DNA of 64,000 nucleotides from Longimicrobiales bacterium (GCA_965206305.1 CBDBJI010000004.1:1955712-2019711), one strand, 5' to 3'; positions 18,361-29,532 are shown, counted from the first letter of the stretch. Numbers and translations are program-made. Notes: a model not told the origin generated them from the sequence alone.

Positions 18361-18578
18361 GCCGTGACGGTGATGGGCTCTCTGATGACCGCACCGTCGG
18401 CGGCGTCCTCGCGGGCCATTTCCCGATTGGCTTCGATCACCAAGGCGACGGCTTCGCGAAGGTTCGTCCGGGCTTCTTCGAGGGAAGCGCCTTGGGTGTT
18501 CGCACCGGGGAATTCCTCGATGAAGGCGATGTAGCCTTCAGGAACCCTCCGGAACACTGCCGTGCATTGCAGGTCCAC
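18357..18578 (-). CDS. hicB: HicB-family antitoxin
   Basis: ...FRRVPEGYIAFIEEFPGANTQGASLEEARTNLREAV...; 4-nt overlap with hicA. Confidence 0.8.
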   Translation of the reverse strand: MDLQCTAVFRRVPEGYIAFIEEFPGANTQGASLEEARTNLREAVALVIEANREMAREDAADGAVIREPITVTA

Positions 18579-18733
18579 GCCAGACCTCCTAGCGATTGAT
18601 GCTCATGGTCCATTGACGGTACCGGATAACCGGGTTCGGCGCCACTTGCGCGCCGGATCGAAGATAGACACTAGTGCCTTGTCCGACCGCAGCGTCTGTC
18701 CGGTCGGCCCCCGCAAGAGACGAAGCCAACGGA

Positions 18734-19176
18734 ATGTCCGAACAGATGACCAATATGATCACACCGAAAAGCTGGGCCGCATTCGTGGCACGGGTAATCC
18801 TGGGGCTGATCTTCCTGGCCGCCGGGTTCTGGAAGGTGTTCTTTCTCGGCGCCGTCGAACATGCCCGCGACCTGTTCGTGGTGCCGTACGCGGTGAGCTT
18901 CCTGCCCGAGTGGTTGCTCTGGATCGCCGGCACGACCATCCCCTTCGTGGAACTCGTGTGCGGCGCCCTCATGGTCGCCGGCTGGAAGCGTTTCCCGGCC
19001 GCGCTCGGCCTGGGTGGAGTGCTGGTGGGCACCTCGTCGTCGCCGACCCGCTGTACGCATTCAATACCCACGTCATCCCGCGCGTCGTGCTGCTGGTGCT
19101 TGCGATGGCGATGTTCCAGGAAGACAACCTGAGCATTGACGCGTGGCTGGTGCGAAGGCGACCAGGTCCTCCCTGA
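18734..19176 (+). pseudogene. DoxX-family membrane protein with an apparent -1 frameshift near 19015-19030
   Basis: Frame A: MSEQMTNMITPKSWAAFVARVILGLIFLAAGFWKVF...ALGLGGVLVG. Frame B continues HLVVADPLYAFNTHVIPRVVLLVLAMAMF.... The joined length of about 147 aa fits DoxX. Confidence 0.55.
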
Positions 19177-19253
19177 TTGCGGCGCCGGGCGGCCGGGAGC
19201 ATCATGCTACCTGCCGCGCCACCTGCCGACATGCACCGGAATCGAGGCCACGC

Positions 19254-22200
19254 ATGAGCCCTGTCACCAAAGCCGCCGCACTCGCACTGGCTGCCGTCTG
19301 CACCACCTTCGCCCCCCTCACCGCCCAGCCCCCACCCCCCGCCGTCACCACCGGCTTCCTCTCCGCGCTGGAGCTCCGCGGCATCGGCCCGGCCTTCATG
19401 TCCGGCAGAATCGCCGACATCGCCGTCGATCCCACCAACCGGAGCGTCTGGTACGTCGCCACCTCCTCGTCGAACGTCTGGAAGACCGAAAACCGCGGCA
19501 CCACCTGGACGCCCATCTTCGACAACCAACCCGCGTACTCGACCGGCGCGATCGCGATCGACCCCACCGACTCCAACGTGATCTGGCTCGGCACCGGCGA
19601 GAACACCAGCCAGCGCAGCGTGGGCTGGGGCGACGGCGTCTACAAGAGCCTGGACGGCGGGCGCAGCTGGAGGAACACCGGGCTGCACACCTCGGAGCAC
19701 ATCGGCAAGATCCTGATCGATCCCCGCGACCCGGATGTGGTGTATGCGGCGGCGATGGGCGGGCTGTGGGCGCCCGGCGGCGACCGCGGGCTCTTCAAGA
19801 CGACCGACGGCGGCGACAGCTGGTTCCCCGTGCTGGAACTCAGCGACGACACCGGCATCGCCGACGTGCACCTGGACCCGCGCGACCCGGACGTGCTCTA
19901 CGCGGTGTCCTACCAGCGCCGTCGTCACGTGGGCATCCTCGTCGCGGGCGGCCCCGAGTCCGGGGTGTGGAAGAGCACCGACGGCGGCGAGAGCTGGCGC
20001 GACATCACGGGCGGGCTGCCATCGGGCGACCTCGGGCGGATCGGCCTGGCCGTCTCCCCGATCGACCCCGACGTCCTCTACGCCAATGCCGCCGCCACCG
20101 AGGACCGCAGCGGCTTCTACCGTTCGCCGGACCGCGGCGAGACGTGGCGGCGCATGTCGGACTACATCGTCGTCGACCCGCAGTACTACGGGGAGCTCTA
20201 CCCCGATCCGCACCGGATGGACCGGGTCTACGCGGTGGACGTTTTCATCCACGTGACCGAGGACGGGGGACGCACCTTCGAGCGCGTCAACTCGCGCTTC
20301 AGGCACGTGGACAACCATGCGATCGTCTTCGACCCGGACGACCCCGACTACATGCTGGTCGGCACCGACGGGGGCCTCTACGAATCGTTCGACCGCACGC
20401 AGACCTGGCGCTACGTGTCGGGAAACATGCCGCTGATGCAGTTCTACCGCGTCGGCATCGACAACAAGGCGCCCTTCTACACGGTATACGGCGGAACGCA
20501 GGACAACTCGTCGGTGGGCGGGCCGTCGCGCACCGACAACGTTCACGGGATCCGCAACAGCGACTGGTTCATCACCCACGGGGGCGACGGCTTTCAGGCG
20601 CGCGTCGACCCGGAAGATCCGAACATCGTCTACACGCAGTCCCAGTACGCGGGGATCGTGCGCTACGACCGGGCGAGCGGCGAGGAGCTGGACATCCAGC
20701 CGCAGCCGGAGGCGGGGGAGGGGGCGCTGCGCTGGCACTGGGACTCGCCGCTGATCATCAGCCCGCACGACTCGCGGCGGATCTACTTCGCGGCCCAGAA
20801 GCTGTTTCGGTCGGACGACCGGGCGGAGACGTGGACGGCGGTGAGCGGGGATCTGAGTCGAGGGCTCGACCGCAACCAGCGGCCGGTGATGGGGCGGATC
20901 TGGCCGCCGGAAGCGGTGTGGAAGAACGTGTTTACGTCGCCGTACGGCACGATCGTGGCGCTCGACGAGTCGCCGCTGGCCGAGGGGCTGCTGTATGTGG
21001 GGACGGACGACGGGCTCGTGCAGGTGAGCGAGGACGGGGGAGGGGAGTGGCGCCGCGAGGAGGAGTTTGCGGGGGTGCCGGCGATGGCCTACGTGGCTGA
21101 CGTGGTGGCTTCGCGGCACGACCCGGACCGGGTCTACGCCGTCTTCAACAACCACAAGGAAGGGGACTTCCGGCCGTACGTGACGCGGAGCGACGACCGG
21201 GGTGCGAGCTGGACGAACATCACGGGCGACGTGCCGGACGGACAGTCGAGCTGGACGCTGGTCGAGGACCACGTCGACCCGGACCTGCTCTTCCTGGGCA
21301 CCGAGTTCGGGCTGTTCGTGACGCTGGATGGGGGCGGGGCGTGGGTGCGGCTGCGGGGCGGGCTGCCGACGATCGCGGTGCGCGACCTGGAGATTCAGCG
21401 CCGCGAGAACGACCTGGTGCTGGCGACGTTCGGGCGGGGCTTCTACATCCTGGACGACTACTCGCCGCTGCGTGGGATGGATGAGGCCGTGGCGGCGGGA
21501 GCGGCCCATCTGTTCCCCGTGAAGGACCCGTGGGCGTACATCCCGGCGCGGCCGCTGGGCGGGGCACAGAAGGGGACTTTTGGTGACGCCTTCTTCACCG
21601 CGTCCAACCCGCCCTTCGGGGCCGTCTTCACCTACTTCGTGCGCGATGGCTACGAGTCGCTGAAGGAGCGGCGGCAGCGGTTGGAACGGGAGGCCCTCGC
21701 CCGGGGAGATGACATCACCTACCCCGACCACACCACGCTGACTGCCGAAGACATGGAGCGGCCGCCGGAAGTGTTCCTGGTCGTGTCGGACGGCGCGGGC
21801 GACGTGGTGCGGCGCGTCCCCGCCCCCCGCCGCGCCGGCCTCCACCGCATCGCATGGGACCTGCGCTACGCCTCGCTGGAGCCCCCCTCCCCCGGCGGCG
21901 GCGAGGCCGACGGCCCGATGGTGGCGCCCGGCGAGTATTCGGCCCGCGTCATCCTCGTCACCGATGACGGCCACGAAGATCTCACGGCCCCCGGGTCCTT
22001 CACGGTGCGTCCCCTCGGCACGGCCACCCTCGCCGCCGCCGACCGGGACGCTCTGCTCGCCTTCCAGCGCGAAGTCGCCGCCCTGCAGCGGGTCGCCGTC
22101 GCCACCGATCGCGCCGCCCGCGAGACCTCCGAACGGCTGGCGCTCCTGCGCCGAGCGGTGCGCGCCTCCCCCGGGCTGGACGCCGCGCCCTACGAGGCCC

Positions 22201-22532
22201 GCATTTCGTCCTTCGAGGACCGCCTCTTCGAGATCGGGCGCGTGTTGTCCCGCGACCGCACCGCGCTCGACCGGGCCGAGCTCGCCCCGCCGTCGGTGAT
22301 GCAGCGCATTTCGCGCGTCGTGGGCGCGCAGTTCAGGTCGACCTCGGCGCCCACGACCACGCAGCGCGAGAGCTACGCGGTCGCGTCGGCGCAGCTGGCG
22401 GAGATGTCGGAAATGCTGCGGGTGCTCGTCGAGGCGGACCTTGCGGCGCTCGGGGCAGAACTGGAAGCCGCAGGGGTGCCGTGGACGCCGGGGCGGCCGA
22501 TTCCGCGGTGGCCGACAGAAGGAAATCAGTGA
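19254..22532 (+). CDS. BNR/Asp-box repeat, sortilin/VPS10-like secreted protein
   Basis: Signal peptide MSPVTKAAALALAAVCTTFAPLTAQ. Repeated S-x-D-x-G-x-x-W motifs (KSLDGGRSW, TTDGGDSW, STDGGESW, SPDRGETW, VTEDGGRTF ...). Confidence 0.85.
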   Translation: MSPVTKAAALALAAVCTTFAPLTAQPPPPAVTTGFLSALELRGIGPAFMSGRIADIAVDPTNRSVWYVATSSSNVWKTENRGTTWTPIFDNQPAYSTGAIAIDPTDSNVIWLGTGENTSQRSVGWGDGVYKSLDGGRSWRNTGLHTSEHIGKILIDPRDPDVVYAAAMGGLWAPGGDRGLFKTTDGGDSWFPVLELSDDTGIADVHLDPRDPDVLYAVSYQRRRHVGILVAGGPESGVWKSTDGGESWRDITGGLPSGDLGRIGLAVSPIDPDVLYANAAATEDRSGFYRSPDRGETWRRMSDYIVVDPQYYGELYPDPHRMDRVYAVDVFIHVTEDGGRTFERVNSRFRHVDNHAIVFDPDDPDYMLVGTDGGLYESFDRTQTWRYVSGNMPLMQFYRVGIDNKAPFYTVYGGTQDNSSVGGPSRTDNVHGIRNSDWFITHGGDGFQARVDPEDPNIVYTQSQYAGIVRYDRASGEELDIQPQPEAGEGALRWHWDSPLIISPHDSRRIYFAAQKLFRSDDRAETWTAVSGDLSRGLDRNQRPVMGRIWPPEAVWKNVFTSPYGTIVALDESPLAEGLLYVGTDDGLVQVSEDGGGEWRREEEFAGVPAMAYVADVVASRHDPDRVYAVFNNHKEGDFRPYVTRSDDRGASWTNITGDVPDGQSSWTLVEDHVDPDLLFLGTEFGLFVTLDGGGAWVRLRGGLPTIAVRDLEIQRRENDLVLATFGRGFYILDDYSPLRGMDEAVAAGAAHLFPVKDPWAYIPARPLGGAQKGTFGDAFFTASNPPFGAVFTYFVRDGYESLKERRQRLEREALARGDDITYPDHTTLTAEDMERPPEVFLVVSDGAGDVVRRVPAPRRAGLHRIAWDLRYASLEPPSPGGGEADGPMVAPGEYSARVILVTDDGHEDLTAPGSFTVRPLGTATLAAADRDALLAFQREVAALQRVAVATDRAARETSERLALLRRAVRASPGLDAAPYEARISSFEDRLFEIGRVLSRDRTALDRAELAPPSVMQRISRVVGAQFRSTSAPTTTQRESYAVASAQLAEMSEMLRVLVEADLAALGAELEAAGVPWTPGRPIPRWPTEGNQ

Positions 22533-22623
22533 TGCCGCTCGCTCGCTCGCTTCGGCTCCGATGGCTGGTCGGTGGCCACCCGGGTGGCCGGAAGCACTAA
22601 GAATGTAAAGAAAACATTACCAA

Positions 22624-23779
22624 ATGTCATGTCCACCATACTTTTCCTGTCTGTCGGCGACACTCCTATTGATCGCCGCGGGCTGCGACGCCCCGCCTAC
22701 CCCCACCGGTACCCTCCATACCGACTCCGCCGGAATCCAGATCGCGACCGCCGTCACCCCGCTGAGGAGCGCCGGCGAAGGATGGACCGTCGGCGAGCTT
22801 CTGGCCGAGATCGGCAACGTTGACGGCCCGCCCGAATACCAGTTTGCGGATGTCGTAGCCGCCGTCCGCCTCGACAACGGCGACATCGTGGTCGCGGACC
22901 GCGGCGCATCCGAACTGCGCAGCTACGACGCCGAGGGGAACTTCCAGTGGCGCGTCGGCAGGGAGGGGGAGGGGCCCGGCGAGTTCCAGCGCCTCGACTT
23001 TCTGGGCCGGATGGCCGGCGATTCGCTGATGACCTATGACCCCATACTGTTACGGATACAGGTCTTTGACCCGGGCGGCCGACTGTTCCGCACCTTTCGG
23101 GCCGAGCTCCCGCGCGACATCGGCTCGCCGGGTGGATCAGCCCCGGATCGCGCGGTGGGCGTGGTAGACGATCAACTGATCGTTCGGTTCGTCGAACTGG
23201 ACGACGAAGCGACGGCCGGCATCGCGAGATGGATCGACTATCGCCTCGTGGCGGTGGACCTGACGGATGGTTCCGCCACCTCGCTCATCGTGGTCGACGG
23301 GGAGGAGGTCGATTTGCGCGTTGGCGATGGGAACGGGTATTCCGAGAATCGCTACGTATTCGGCAACATGCCCGAGTTCGGAGCGGCGGCGGGAACTTTC
23401 GCGGTGATCGACACCGAGGCGTATCAAGTCCAACTCGTTTCCCCGCTGGACGGCGCGATCGAACGGATCAATGGTCAGGCGGATGTGGAGGGGCTACGCC
23501 AGAGCGCCGGTGCTGCCGGTCTTGCGCTCCGTCCATGTCGATGCGCAGGACAACGTCTGGGTGGCGCCGTTCCATCTGGCCGGGGCCGATCCGGTTCCGT
23601 TCGACGTTTTTGCACCCGATGGAACCTGGCTCGGCACCGTCTCGCTGCCGCCGAGGCTTGTGCGGGCCTATATCCACTACCGTTCCCCCTACCTTGAGAT
23701 CGGCGACGACTACATCCTCGGAGTCTGGAAAGACGAACTGGACGTGCAGTACGTGCGGATGTACCGGCTGAACCGGTAG
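22624..23779 (+). pseudogene. 6-bladed beta-propeller lipoprotein, paralog 3, frameshifted near 23470-23510
   Basis: LLLIAAGC lipobox, DSAGIQIA, VGREGEGPGEF. The C-terminal 100 aa (...VHVDAQDNVWV...YVRMYRLNR) are in another frame (ORF 23471-23779). Confidence 0.6.
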
Positions 23780-23806
23780 CGATTTCGGGCGCGCAGACGA
23801 GCTTGC

Positions 23807-24117
23807 CTAACGGCGATTCACCGGCCCGTCTGACACGCCCCCGGGCGTCCCCGTCCGGGTCGCCTTCCCCACATCCGTCCCCAGCCGGATGACCTGGCTG
23901 CGGATCTTCCAGTCCCTTCCCGGGCGGGTCACGCCAGCTTCGCCTGGATCGCTTCGTGCCCCCGCACGGGCTCATCCTGCTCGAAGATGATGACGGCGTC
24001 CTCGGCGTAGAGGTCCAGGAGCGCTTCGGTGTCGTCCGCCGCCCAGGCTTCACGCCACTTCTTCAGCAACTCGTCGGTGTGGAACATCACGTCCGCGAAG
24101 AACTCCGCCCGGTTCAA
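23807..24117 (-). pseudogene. SnoaL/NTF2-like (DUF4440-like) protein, possibly frameshifted at about 23929
   Basis: MNRAEFFADVMFHTDELLKKWREAWAADDTEALLDLYAEDAVIIFEQDEPVRGHEAIQAKLA then a stop. The next frame continues ...DWKIRSQVIRLGTDVGKATRTGT.... Weak call. Confidence 0.35.
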
Positions 24118-24220
24118 AGCGGCCGAGAATCCGTCGCCCCCCGGCGTTCCCGGGAGACGCTGGGCGAGGCCCTCCGCCGGCAGGAGCGCGATGGCCGTCG
24201 AGTCGTCGCTTGCGGTAAAG

Positions 24221-24236
24221 TTTAGGCTTGCCTAAA
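24221..24236. promoter_or_regulatory. Palindromic DtxR/IdeR-type operator candidate (TTTAGGC-TT-GCCTAAA)
   Basis: Perfect 7-2-7 palindrome 10 nt upstream of the regulator's ATG (24246). The half-site TTAGG(C) resembles the iron-box consensus TTAGGTTAGCCTAACCTAA. Confidence 0.5.
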
Positions 24237-24245
24237 TTCCCTGTC

Positions 24246-25280
24246 ATGTCCGATCCTGCGCTTGCTCTCCTGATCTTCGCCGCCCTGACGGCGCTCTCCA
24301 CGGCCGTCCTCTGGCCGGGGCGCGGGCTCGCCGCGCGAGTGCGCCGCCTGACCCGACTCACCGAGCGGGTCCGGATGGAAGACGTTCTGAAGCAGCTCTA
24401 CAAGCTGGAGTACGACCGGTTGCCCGCGACCGTGGAAAGCGTGGCTGGCGGGGTCCAGATCCCGCGCGGCCAGGCGGTGCGGCTCCTGCAGCAGCTGGAG
24501 GAGAAGCGGCTGGTGACGACGGGCGCCTCCCACTTCCGCCTCACCGACTCCGGGAGAACCCAGGCGCTGCACATCGTCCGCACGCACCGCCTCTGGGAAC
24601 GCTTCCTCGCGGACCGGACCGGGACGCGCCCCGAGGAGTGGCACGAGCGGGCCGAGGAGCACGAGCACCTCATCTCCGCCTCGGAGGCTGACGATCTCGC
24701 GAGCGCCCTGGGCCACCCGGTCTACGATCCGCACGGCGACCCGATCCCGACCGCCGCGGGCGAGATGCCGGCCCGCACGGGCGTGCCGCTGTCCTCCCTG
24801 GAACCCGGCGAGCGGGGGCTGATCACCCACCTCGAGGACGAACCCGAGGAGATCTATCGCGAACTCGTCAGTCTCGGGCTCGGACTGATGGCGCCGGTGG
24901 AGCGGCTCCGGGGAGAGGCGGGGCGGGTGCACTTCCGGACCGGGGCGAAGCGCTTCGAGGTCTCCGGCGCGCTCGCCCGCAACGTCACCGTGGAGCCGTC
25001 CAGCGACGTGGCCGATCCGCGCTGGTCCCGCACGCTCGCCGACGTGCCCCCGGGCGACTCCGCGACGGTGGCCGGGATCTCTCCCCAGTGCCGCGGACCG
25101 GCCCGTCGCCGCCTCCTCGACCTCGGGGTGGTTCCCGGCACGTTGATCCACGCCCGCATGAAGAGCGCCGCCGGGGACCCGGTCGCCTACGACATCCGCG
25201 GCGCCCTGATCGCGCTGCGCCGGGATCAGGCCCGGCACATCCGGGTCAGGGGCGTTCCGGTCGCCGGGCGGGCGTCGTGA
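24246..25280 (+). CDS. DtxR-family metal-dependent regulator with N-terminal TM helix and two FeoA domains
   Basis: [23 protein letters not shown] (hydrophobic helix); wHTH plus ...THRLWERFL...HEHLIS...[14 protein letters not shown] (DtxR dimerisation/metal site); then two FeoA/SH3-like modules. Confidence 0.8.
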   Translation: MSDPALALLIFAALTALSTAVLWPGRGLAARVRRLTRLTERVRMEDVLKQLYKLEYDRLPATVESVAGGVQIPRGQAVRLLQQLEEKRLVTTGASHFRLTDSGRTQALHIVRTHRLWERFLADRTGTRPEEWHERAEEHEHLISASEADDLASALGHPVYDPHGDPIPTAAGEMPARTGVPLSSLEPGERGLITHLEDEPEEIYRELVSLGLGLMAPVERLRGEAGRVHFRTGAKRFEVSGALARNVTVEPSSDVADPRWSRTLADVPPGDSATVAGISPQCRGPARRRLLDLGVVPGTLIHARMKSAAGDPVAYDIRGALIALRRDQARHIRVRGVPVAGRAS

Positions 25281-27577
25281 GGGGGCGCGCGCGCGCCAGC
25301 GCCAGAGGGGCTGCGAGGTCCGGGACGGGGGCCACGGCCGCGCCGGGTGTTCCCCAACGCGCACGCAACCTGGTTCGCCTGGGGCTGAGTCCCCACCGCT
25401 GGGACCACCTGATCGCGCTGGCCGGTAACCCGAACGTCGGCAAGACCACGGTCTTCAACGCGCTGACCGGGCTGCGGCAACACACCGGGAACTGGCCCGG
25501 AAAGACGGTCGCGCGTGCCGAGGGGGCCTTCCTCCACGATGGCCGCAGGGTGAAGGTGGTGGACCTGCCGGGGACGTACTCCCTGCACGCGGGCAGCGCC
25601 GACGAGGAGGTGGCGCGTGACTTCATCCTCTTCGGGCAGCCAGACGTGACGGTGGTGGTGGTGGACGCCATGCGGCTGGAGCGCAACCTCAACCTCGTCC
25701 TGCAGATCCTGGAGATCACCGACCGGGTGGTGGTCTGCCTCAACCTGGTCGACGAGGCGCGGCGGCACGGGATATCCGTGGACGCCGGGCGGCTGGAACG
25801 CGAACTGGGCGTGCCCGTGGTGCCGACGGTGGCCCGCCAGGGCGAAGGGATCGATGCGCTGCTGCGGGCCGCGACCGACGTGGCGACAGGCGCGCGGAGG
25901 AACCGGCCCCACCGGATCCGTTCGCAGCCCGCGGCTGTCGAAGAAGCCGTGGACGCCATCGAGCCGCTGGTTGCAGCGGAGTTTCCGGAGCTGCCCAACG
26001 CGCGCTGGGTCGGGCTGCGGTTGCTGAACGCCGACGAGCGCGTCACCGAGGCGGTACGGTCCGGCGAGATCGGGCAACTGGGCGACAACGGGGAATCCGC
26101 GGGCCGCGACGCTGCCGCACACGAATCGGCCGCCGCATCCGCCGCCGACGCCCCGATCCCCGAGGGCCGTGCGCGAATCCTCCAGGCGGCCACCCGGCAC
26201 CGCTGGACGCTCCGCCCCGGCTTTCACGACGCCCTCGCCGAGAACCTCTACCGCGAGGCTGAGCGCATTGCCGGGGCGAGCGTTCGCAAGGGGATGAGCG
26301 AAACGGGAGCGCAGCTGGACCGTGGGCTGGACCGATGGCTGACCAGCCGCGTATTCGGCTTCCCCCTCATGCTGGCCATCCTGGCGGGCGTCTTCTGGCT
26401 CACGATCGCCGGCGCGAACGTCCCTTCCGGGATGCTGGCGGCATTTTTCATCGACCGCGTTCACCCCGCGCTGCACGGCTTCGGCTCCTGGGCGGGACTC
26501 CCCTGGTGGCTGAGCGGCTTCCTCTTCGACGGGGTGTACCTCGCGACCGCCTGGGTGGTCAGCGTCATGCTGCCACCCATGGCCATCTTCTTCCCCCTCT
26601 TCACCCTCCTCGAGGACTTCGGCTACCTGCCCCGCGTCGCCTTCAACCTCGATTCGCTCTTCCGGCGCGCGGGTGCGCACGGCAAGCAGGCGTTGACCAT
26701 GAGCATGGGCTTCGGCTGCAACGCGGCCGGGGTGGTCGCCACGCGCGTGATCGACAGCCCCCGCGAGCGGCTGATCGCGGTCATCACCAACAACTTCTCC
26801 CTGTGCAACGGGCGCTGGCCGACCCAGATCCTGATCGCGACCATCTTCATCGGCGCGCTGGTGCCGCCGCACCTGGCGGGAGTCGTGTCGGCAGGCGCCG
26901 TGGTGTCGATCGCGCTGCTGGGCATCCTCTTCATGTTCCTCACCTCCTGGGGCCTCTCGCGCACCGTACTGAAGGGCGAAGCCACGACCTTTTCGCTGGA
27001 ACTCCCGCCGTACCGCCCCCCGCGCGTCCTGCAGACGCTCTACACCTCGGTCATCGACCGCACCCTGATCATCCTGTGGCGGGCGGTCCTCTTCGCGGTG
27101 CCCGCCGGCGCGGTCATCTGGCTCATCTCCAACATCTCCGTCGGCGGGACTTCGCTCGCCGAGCACGGGGTCGCGCTGCTGAACCCCTTCGGCGTGCTGC
27201 TCGGCCTGAACGGGGTGATTCTGCTCGCCTACGTGATCGCGATCCCCGCCAACGAGATCGTGATTCCGACCGTGCTCATGCTGACGGTGACGGCGCTGGG
27301 CAACCCCGAGCTGGGCGCCGGCGCGGGCGTCATGTTCGAGAGCGACTCGGCCGGGGAGGTGGAAGGGCTCCTGCGCGCCGGTGGCTGGACGCTGCTGACG
27401 GGCGTGAACCTCATGCTCTTCAGCCTCCTTCATAATCCGTGCTCGACGACCATCTACACGATCTACAAGGAGACGCGGAGCGGCCGCTGGACGACCCTGT
27501 CCGCGCTGCTGCCGCTCGTCATGGGCTTCGTGGTCTGCTTCCTGGTCGCGCAGGTGTGGCGGCTGGTGGGGGGCTGA
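25277..27577 (+). CDS. feoB: Ferrous iron transporter FeoB
   Basis: GTG 25277 overlaps the upstream stop (GTGA). G-domain [20 protein letters not shown]...[10 protein letters not shown]..., followed by a polytopic permease domain. Confidence 0.9.
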   Translation: MRGRARASARGAARSGTGATAAPGVPQRARNLVRLGLSPHRWDHLIALAGNPNVGKTTVFNALTGLRQHTGNWPGKTVARAEGAFLHDGRRVKVVDLPGTYSLHAGSADEEVARDFILFGQPDVTVVVVDAMRLERNLNLVLQILEITDRVVVCLNLVDEARRHGISVDAGRLERELGVPVVPTVARQGEGIDALLRAATDVATGARRNRPHRIRSQPAAVEEAVDAIEPLVAAEFPELPNARWVGLRLLNADERVTEAVRSGEIGQLGDNGESAGRDAAAHESAAASAADAPIPEGRARILQAATRHRWTLRPGFHDALAENLYREAERIAGASVRKGMSETGAQLDRGLDRWLTSRVFGFPLMLAILAGVFWLTIAGANVPSGMLAAFFIDRVHPALHGFGSWAGLPWWLSGFLFDGVYLATAWVVSVMLPPMAIFFPLFTLLEDFGYLPRVAFNLDSLFRRAGAHGKQALTMSMGFGCNAAGVVATRVIDSPRERLIAVITNNFSLCNGRWPTQILIATIFIGALVPPHLAGVVSAGAVVSIALLGILFMFLTSWGLSRTVLKGEATTFSLELPPYRPPRVLQTLYTSVIDRTLIILWRAVLFAVPAGAVIWLISNISVGGTSLAEHGVALLNPFGVLLGLNGVILLAYVIAIPANEIVIPTVLMLTVTALGNPELGAGAGVMFESDSAGEVEGLLRAGGWTLLTGVNLMLFSLLHNPCSTTIYTIYKETRSGRWTTLSALLPLVMGFVVCFLVAQVWRLVGG

Positions 27578-28960
27578 TCAGCCGGGCCGGCCCGCCACCT
27601 CCAGCATCTCCGCCACGCTGCACAGTTTGACGCGGGGCCTGTCCTGGGCCTTGCCGCGGGCGGTCTCGTGGGCGTCCAGGCGATTCCAGCCTTCGTGGTC
27701 GACCCGGCACACCCCGCGCTCTCGGAGAAGGTCGGCGAGATCGCCCCGCCCGCCCCGCCCCCCCGCCACCAACCCCGCCCCCAGATCCTCGCGCATCAGC
27801 GCCACCGTGGCCGCGGCGTCCGCCTTGTTCGTCCCGATCACGCCCGACGGCCCCCGCTTGGCCCAACCGACCACGTATTCGCCCCGCACCACCCCCCCCG
27901 CCCCCCTCACCACCCGGCCCCCCTCGTTCGGCACGATCCCGCGCCGCTCGTCGAAGGGAACGCCCGGCAGCGGCTTGCCCCGGTACCCCACCGAGCGGAC
28001 CACCATCCCGCACGGCACCACCTCGGTCTCGCCCGTGCCCACGGCGCGCATGTAGCCGTCGTCCCGGGCCACCAGGCGGTTCCGCACGATCCGCACCCCG
28101 GCGACGCGCCCTCCCTCGCCGACGATCTCGAGCGGCGAGACCAGGAAGCGGAACCGCACCACGCGGTCGCCATCGCCGGGCGCGCTGTCCGCATAGCCGC
28201 GCAGCGTGGCCATGTTGCGCGTCTTCACGGCGTCGCCCGCGATTGCGGCCTCGCTCGTCGCCTCCAGCTCGAGCTCGCGCCCGTCCACCTCAGCCGAAAC
28301 CTCATCCAGGCGGCCGAACTCGCGCAGCTCCGGGTTGGTGAACGACGCCTGCGCCGGCCCCCTCCTGCCCAGCAGCGTGACCCGTCCCACACGGCTGTCG
28401 CGCAGCCCGGCCAGCGCGTGATCGGCGATGTCGGTCCGGGCCAGCCGATCGGGCGAAAGCACCAGGATCCGCGCCACGTCGATGGCCACGTTGCCGTTGC
28501 CGATCACCACGACGTGCTCGCACCCCAGATCGAAGCGCGCCCCGCGGAAGTCGGGGTGCCCGTTGTACCAGCCCACGAAGTCGAAAGCCGCGTGGCTGCC
28601 CTCGAGGTCCTCGCCGGGGATGCCCAGGCGGCGGTCGCTCTGCGCCCCCACGGCGTAGACGATCTGGTCGTAGCGCGCCCTCAGCTCCTCCACGCTGACG
28701 TCTTCGCCCAGCGTGACGTTGCCGAAGTAGCGCACCTCGTCCCGGGCCAGGATGCGGCTGTACACCCGAGCCACCGACTTGATGGCCTGGTGGTCGGGGG
28801 CCACGCCGTCGCGCACGAGCCCATAGGGTGCCGGGAGCCGGTTGATCAGGTCGATCGCGACCGGATCCCCGCCCTTGAGAAGTGCCTCGGCGGCGAAGAA
28901 GCCGGCCGGTCCGGCACCCACGATCGCGATCCGAGGCCGGTTGACCGCCCCGAGGTTCAT
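27578..28960 (-). CDS. fprA: NADPH:ferredoxin reductase, FprA/adrenodoxin-reductase type
   Basis: RIAIVGAGPAGFFAAEALL...LPAPYGLVRDGVAPDHQAIKSV...VYAVGAQSDRRLGIPGEDL...VVVIGNGNVAIDVARIL...LARTDIADHAL.... Confidence 0.85.
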   Translation of the reverse strand: MNLGAVNRPRIAIVGAGPAGFFAAEALLKGGDPVAIDLINRLPAPYGLVRDGVAPDHQAIKSVARVYSRILARDEVRYFGNVTLGEDVSVEELRARYDQIVYAVGAQSDRRLGIPGEDLEGSHAAFDFVGWYNGHPDFRGARFDLGCEHVVVIGNGNVAIDVARILVLSPDRLARTDIADHALAGLRDSRVGRVTLLGRRGPAQASFTNPELREFGRLDEVSAEVDGRELELEATSEAAIAGDAVKTRNMATLRGYADSAPGDGDRVVRFRFLVSPLEIVGEGGRVAGVRIVRNRLVARDDGYMRAVGTGETEVVPCGMVVRSVGYRGKPLPGVPFDERRGIVPNEGGRVVRGAGGVVRGEYVVGWAKRGPSGVIGTNKADAAATVALMREDLGAGLVAGGRGGRGDLADLLRERGVCRVDHEGWNRLDAHETARGKAQDRPRVKLCSVAEMLEVAGRPG

Positions 28961-29019
28961 TGGCGAGCTTCCGTGAATCGAAGTTTGAAGGGATGGGTTG
29001 AAGGGGCTACAACACGGGA

Positions 29020-29529
29020 ATGAAGATAATGACGACGAAAGAAAAGCGGACCGGCGGACGCGGTGCGAACCGGGCCCGGACCGCCTCGCTGGGCGTTCTG
29101 ACACTGCTCGCGGCCTGCGGCGGAGGCGACTCCGGCGGCTCCGCGGAGGCGGATGTGCCGATGGCCGAAGCTGCGGAGCCTGCCGTGGCGGACGCATCCA
29201 CGGTAGAACTGAACATCGACCCGGCGCTCCTCCCGGAGGGCGTCACCGCGGAGATGGTCGAGGATGGCAGGGAACTCTTCTTCGGCGGCGGCATCTGCTA
29301 CACCTGCCACTTGATGGACGCGAAGGGAGGCCCGCTGGCCCCCGACCTGACCGACGATGTCTGGCTCAACGTGGACGGCGAGTATCAGTCGATCGTCGAG
29401 GTGATCAAGACGGGGGTGTCGCAACCCGTTGAGCACCTGGGCTCCATGCTTCCGCGTGCCGGCATGCCCCTGACCGACGAGCAGGTCGACGCGCTCGCCG
29501 CGTATGCCTACATGCTGAGCCGGATGTAG
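29020..29529 (+). CDS. Monoheme c-type cytochrome lipoprotein
   Basis: LLAAC lipobox and a single CYTCH heme motif with a distal Met region (LGSMLPRAGM). Confidence 0.8.
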   Translation: MKIMTTKEKRTGGRGANRARTASLGVLTLLAACGGGDSGGSAEADVPMAEAAEPAVADASTVELNIDPALLPEGVTAEMVEDGRELFFGGGICYTCHLMDAKGGPLAPDLTDDVWLNVDGEYQSIVEVIKTGVSQPVEHLGSMLPRAGMPLTDEQVDALAAYAYMLSRM

Positions 29530-29532
29530 GCG

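Noticed and set aside
18969-21974. 1001-aa minus-strand ORF. Similar long ORFs occur at 25226-27433 (-), 54146-56578 (+), 34592-36478 (+), 40067-41458 (-), 27668-29023 (+) and 62542-63897 (-).
   Set aside because: All are antisense to genes with strong family signatures (BNR protein, feoB, fdhA, the SSS transporter, the octaheme cytochrome, fprA, mraZ/rsmH). Their translations are Arg/Pro/Gly/Ala-rich and low complexity, typical of stop-poor antisense frames in high-GC DNA.
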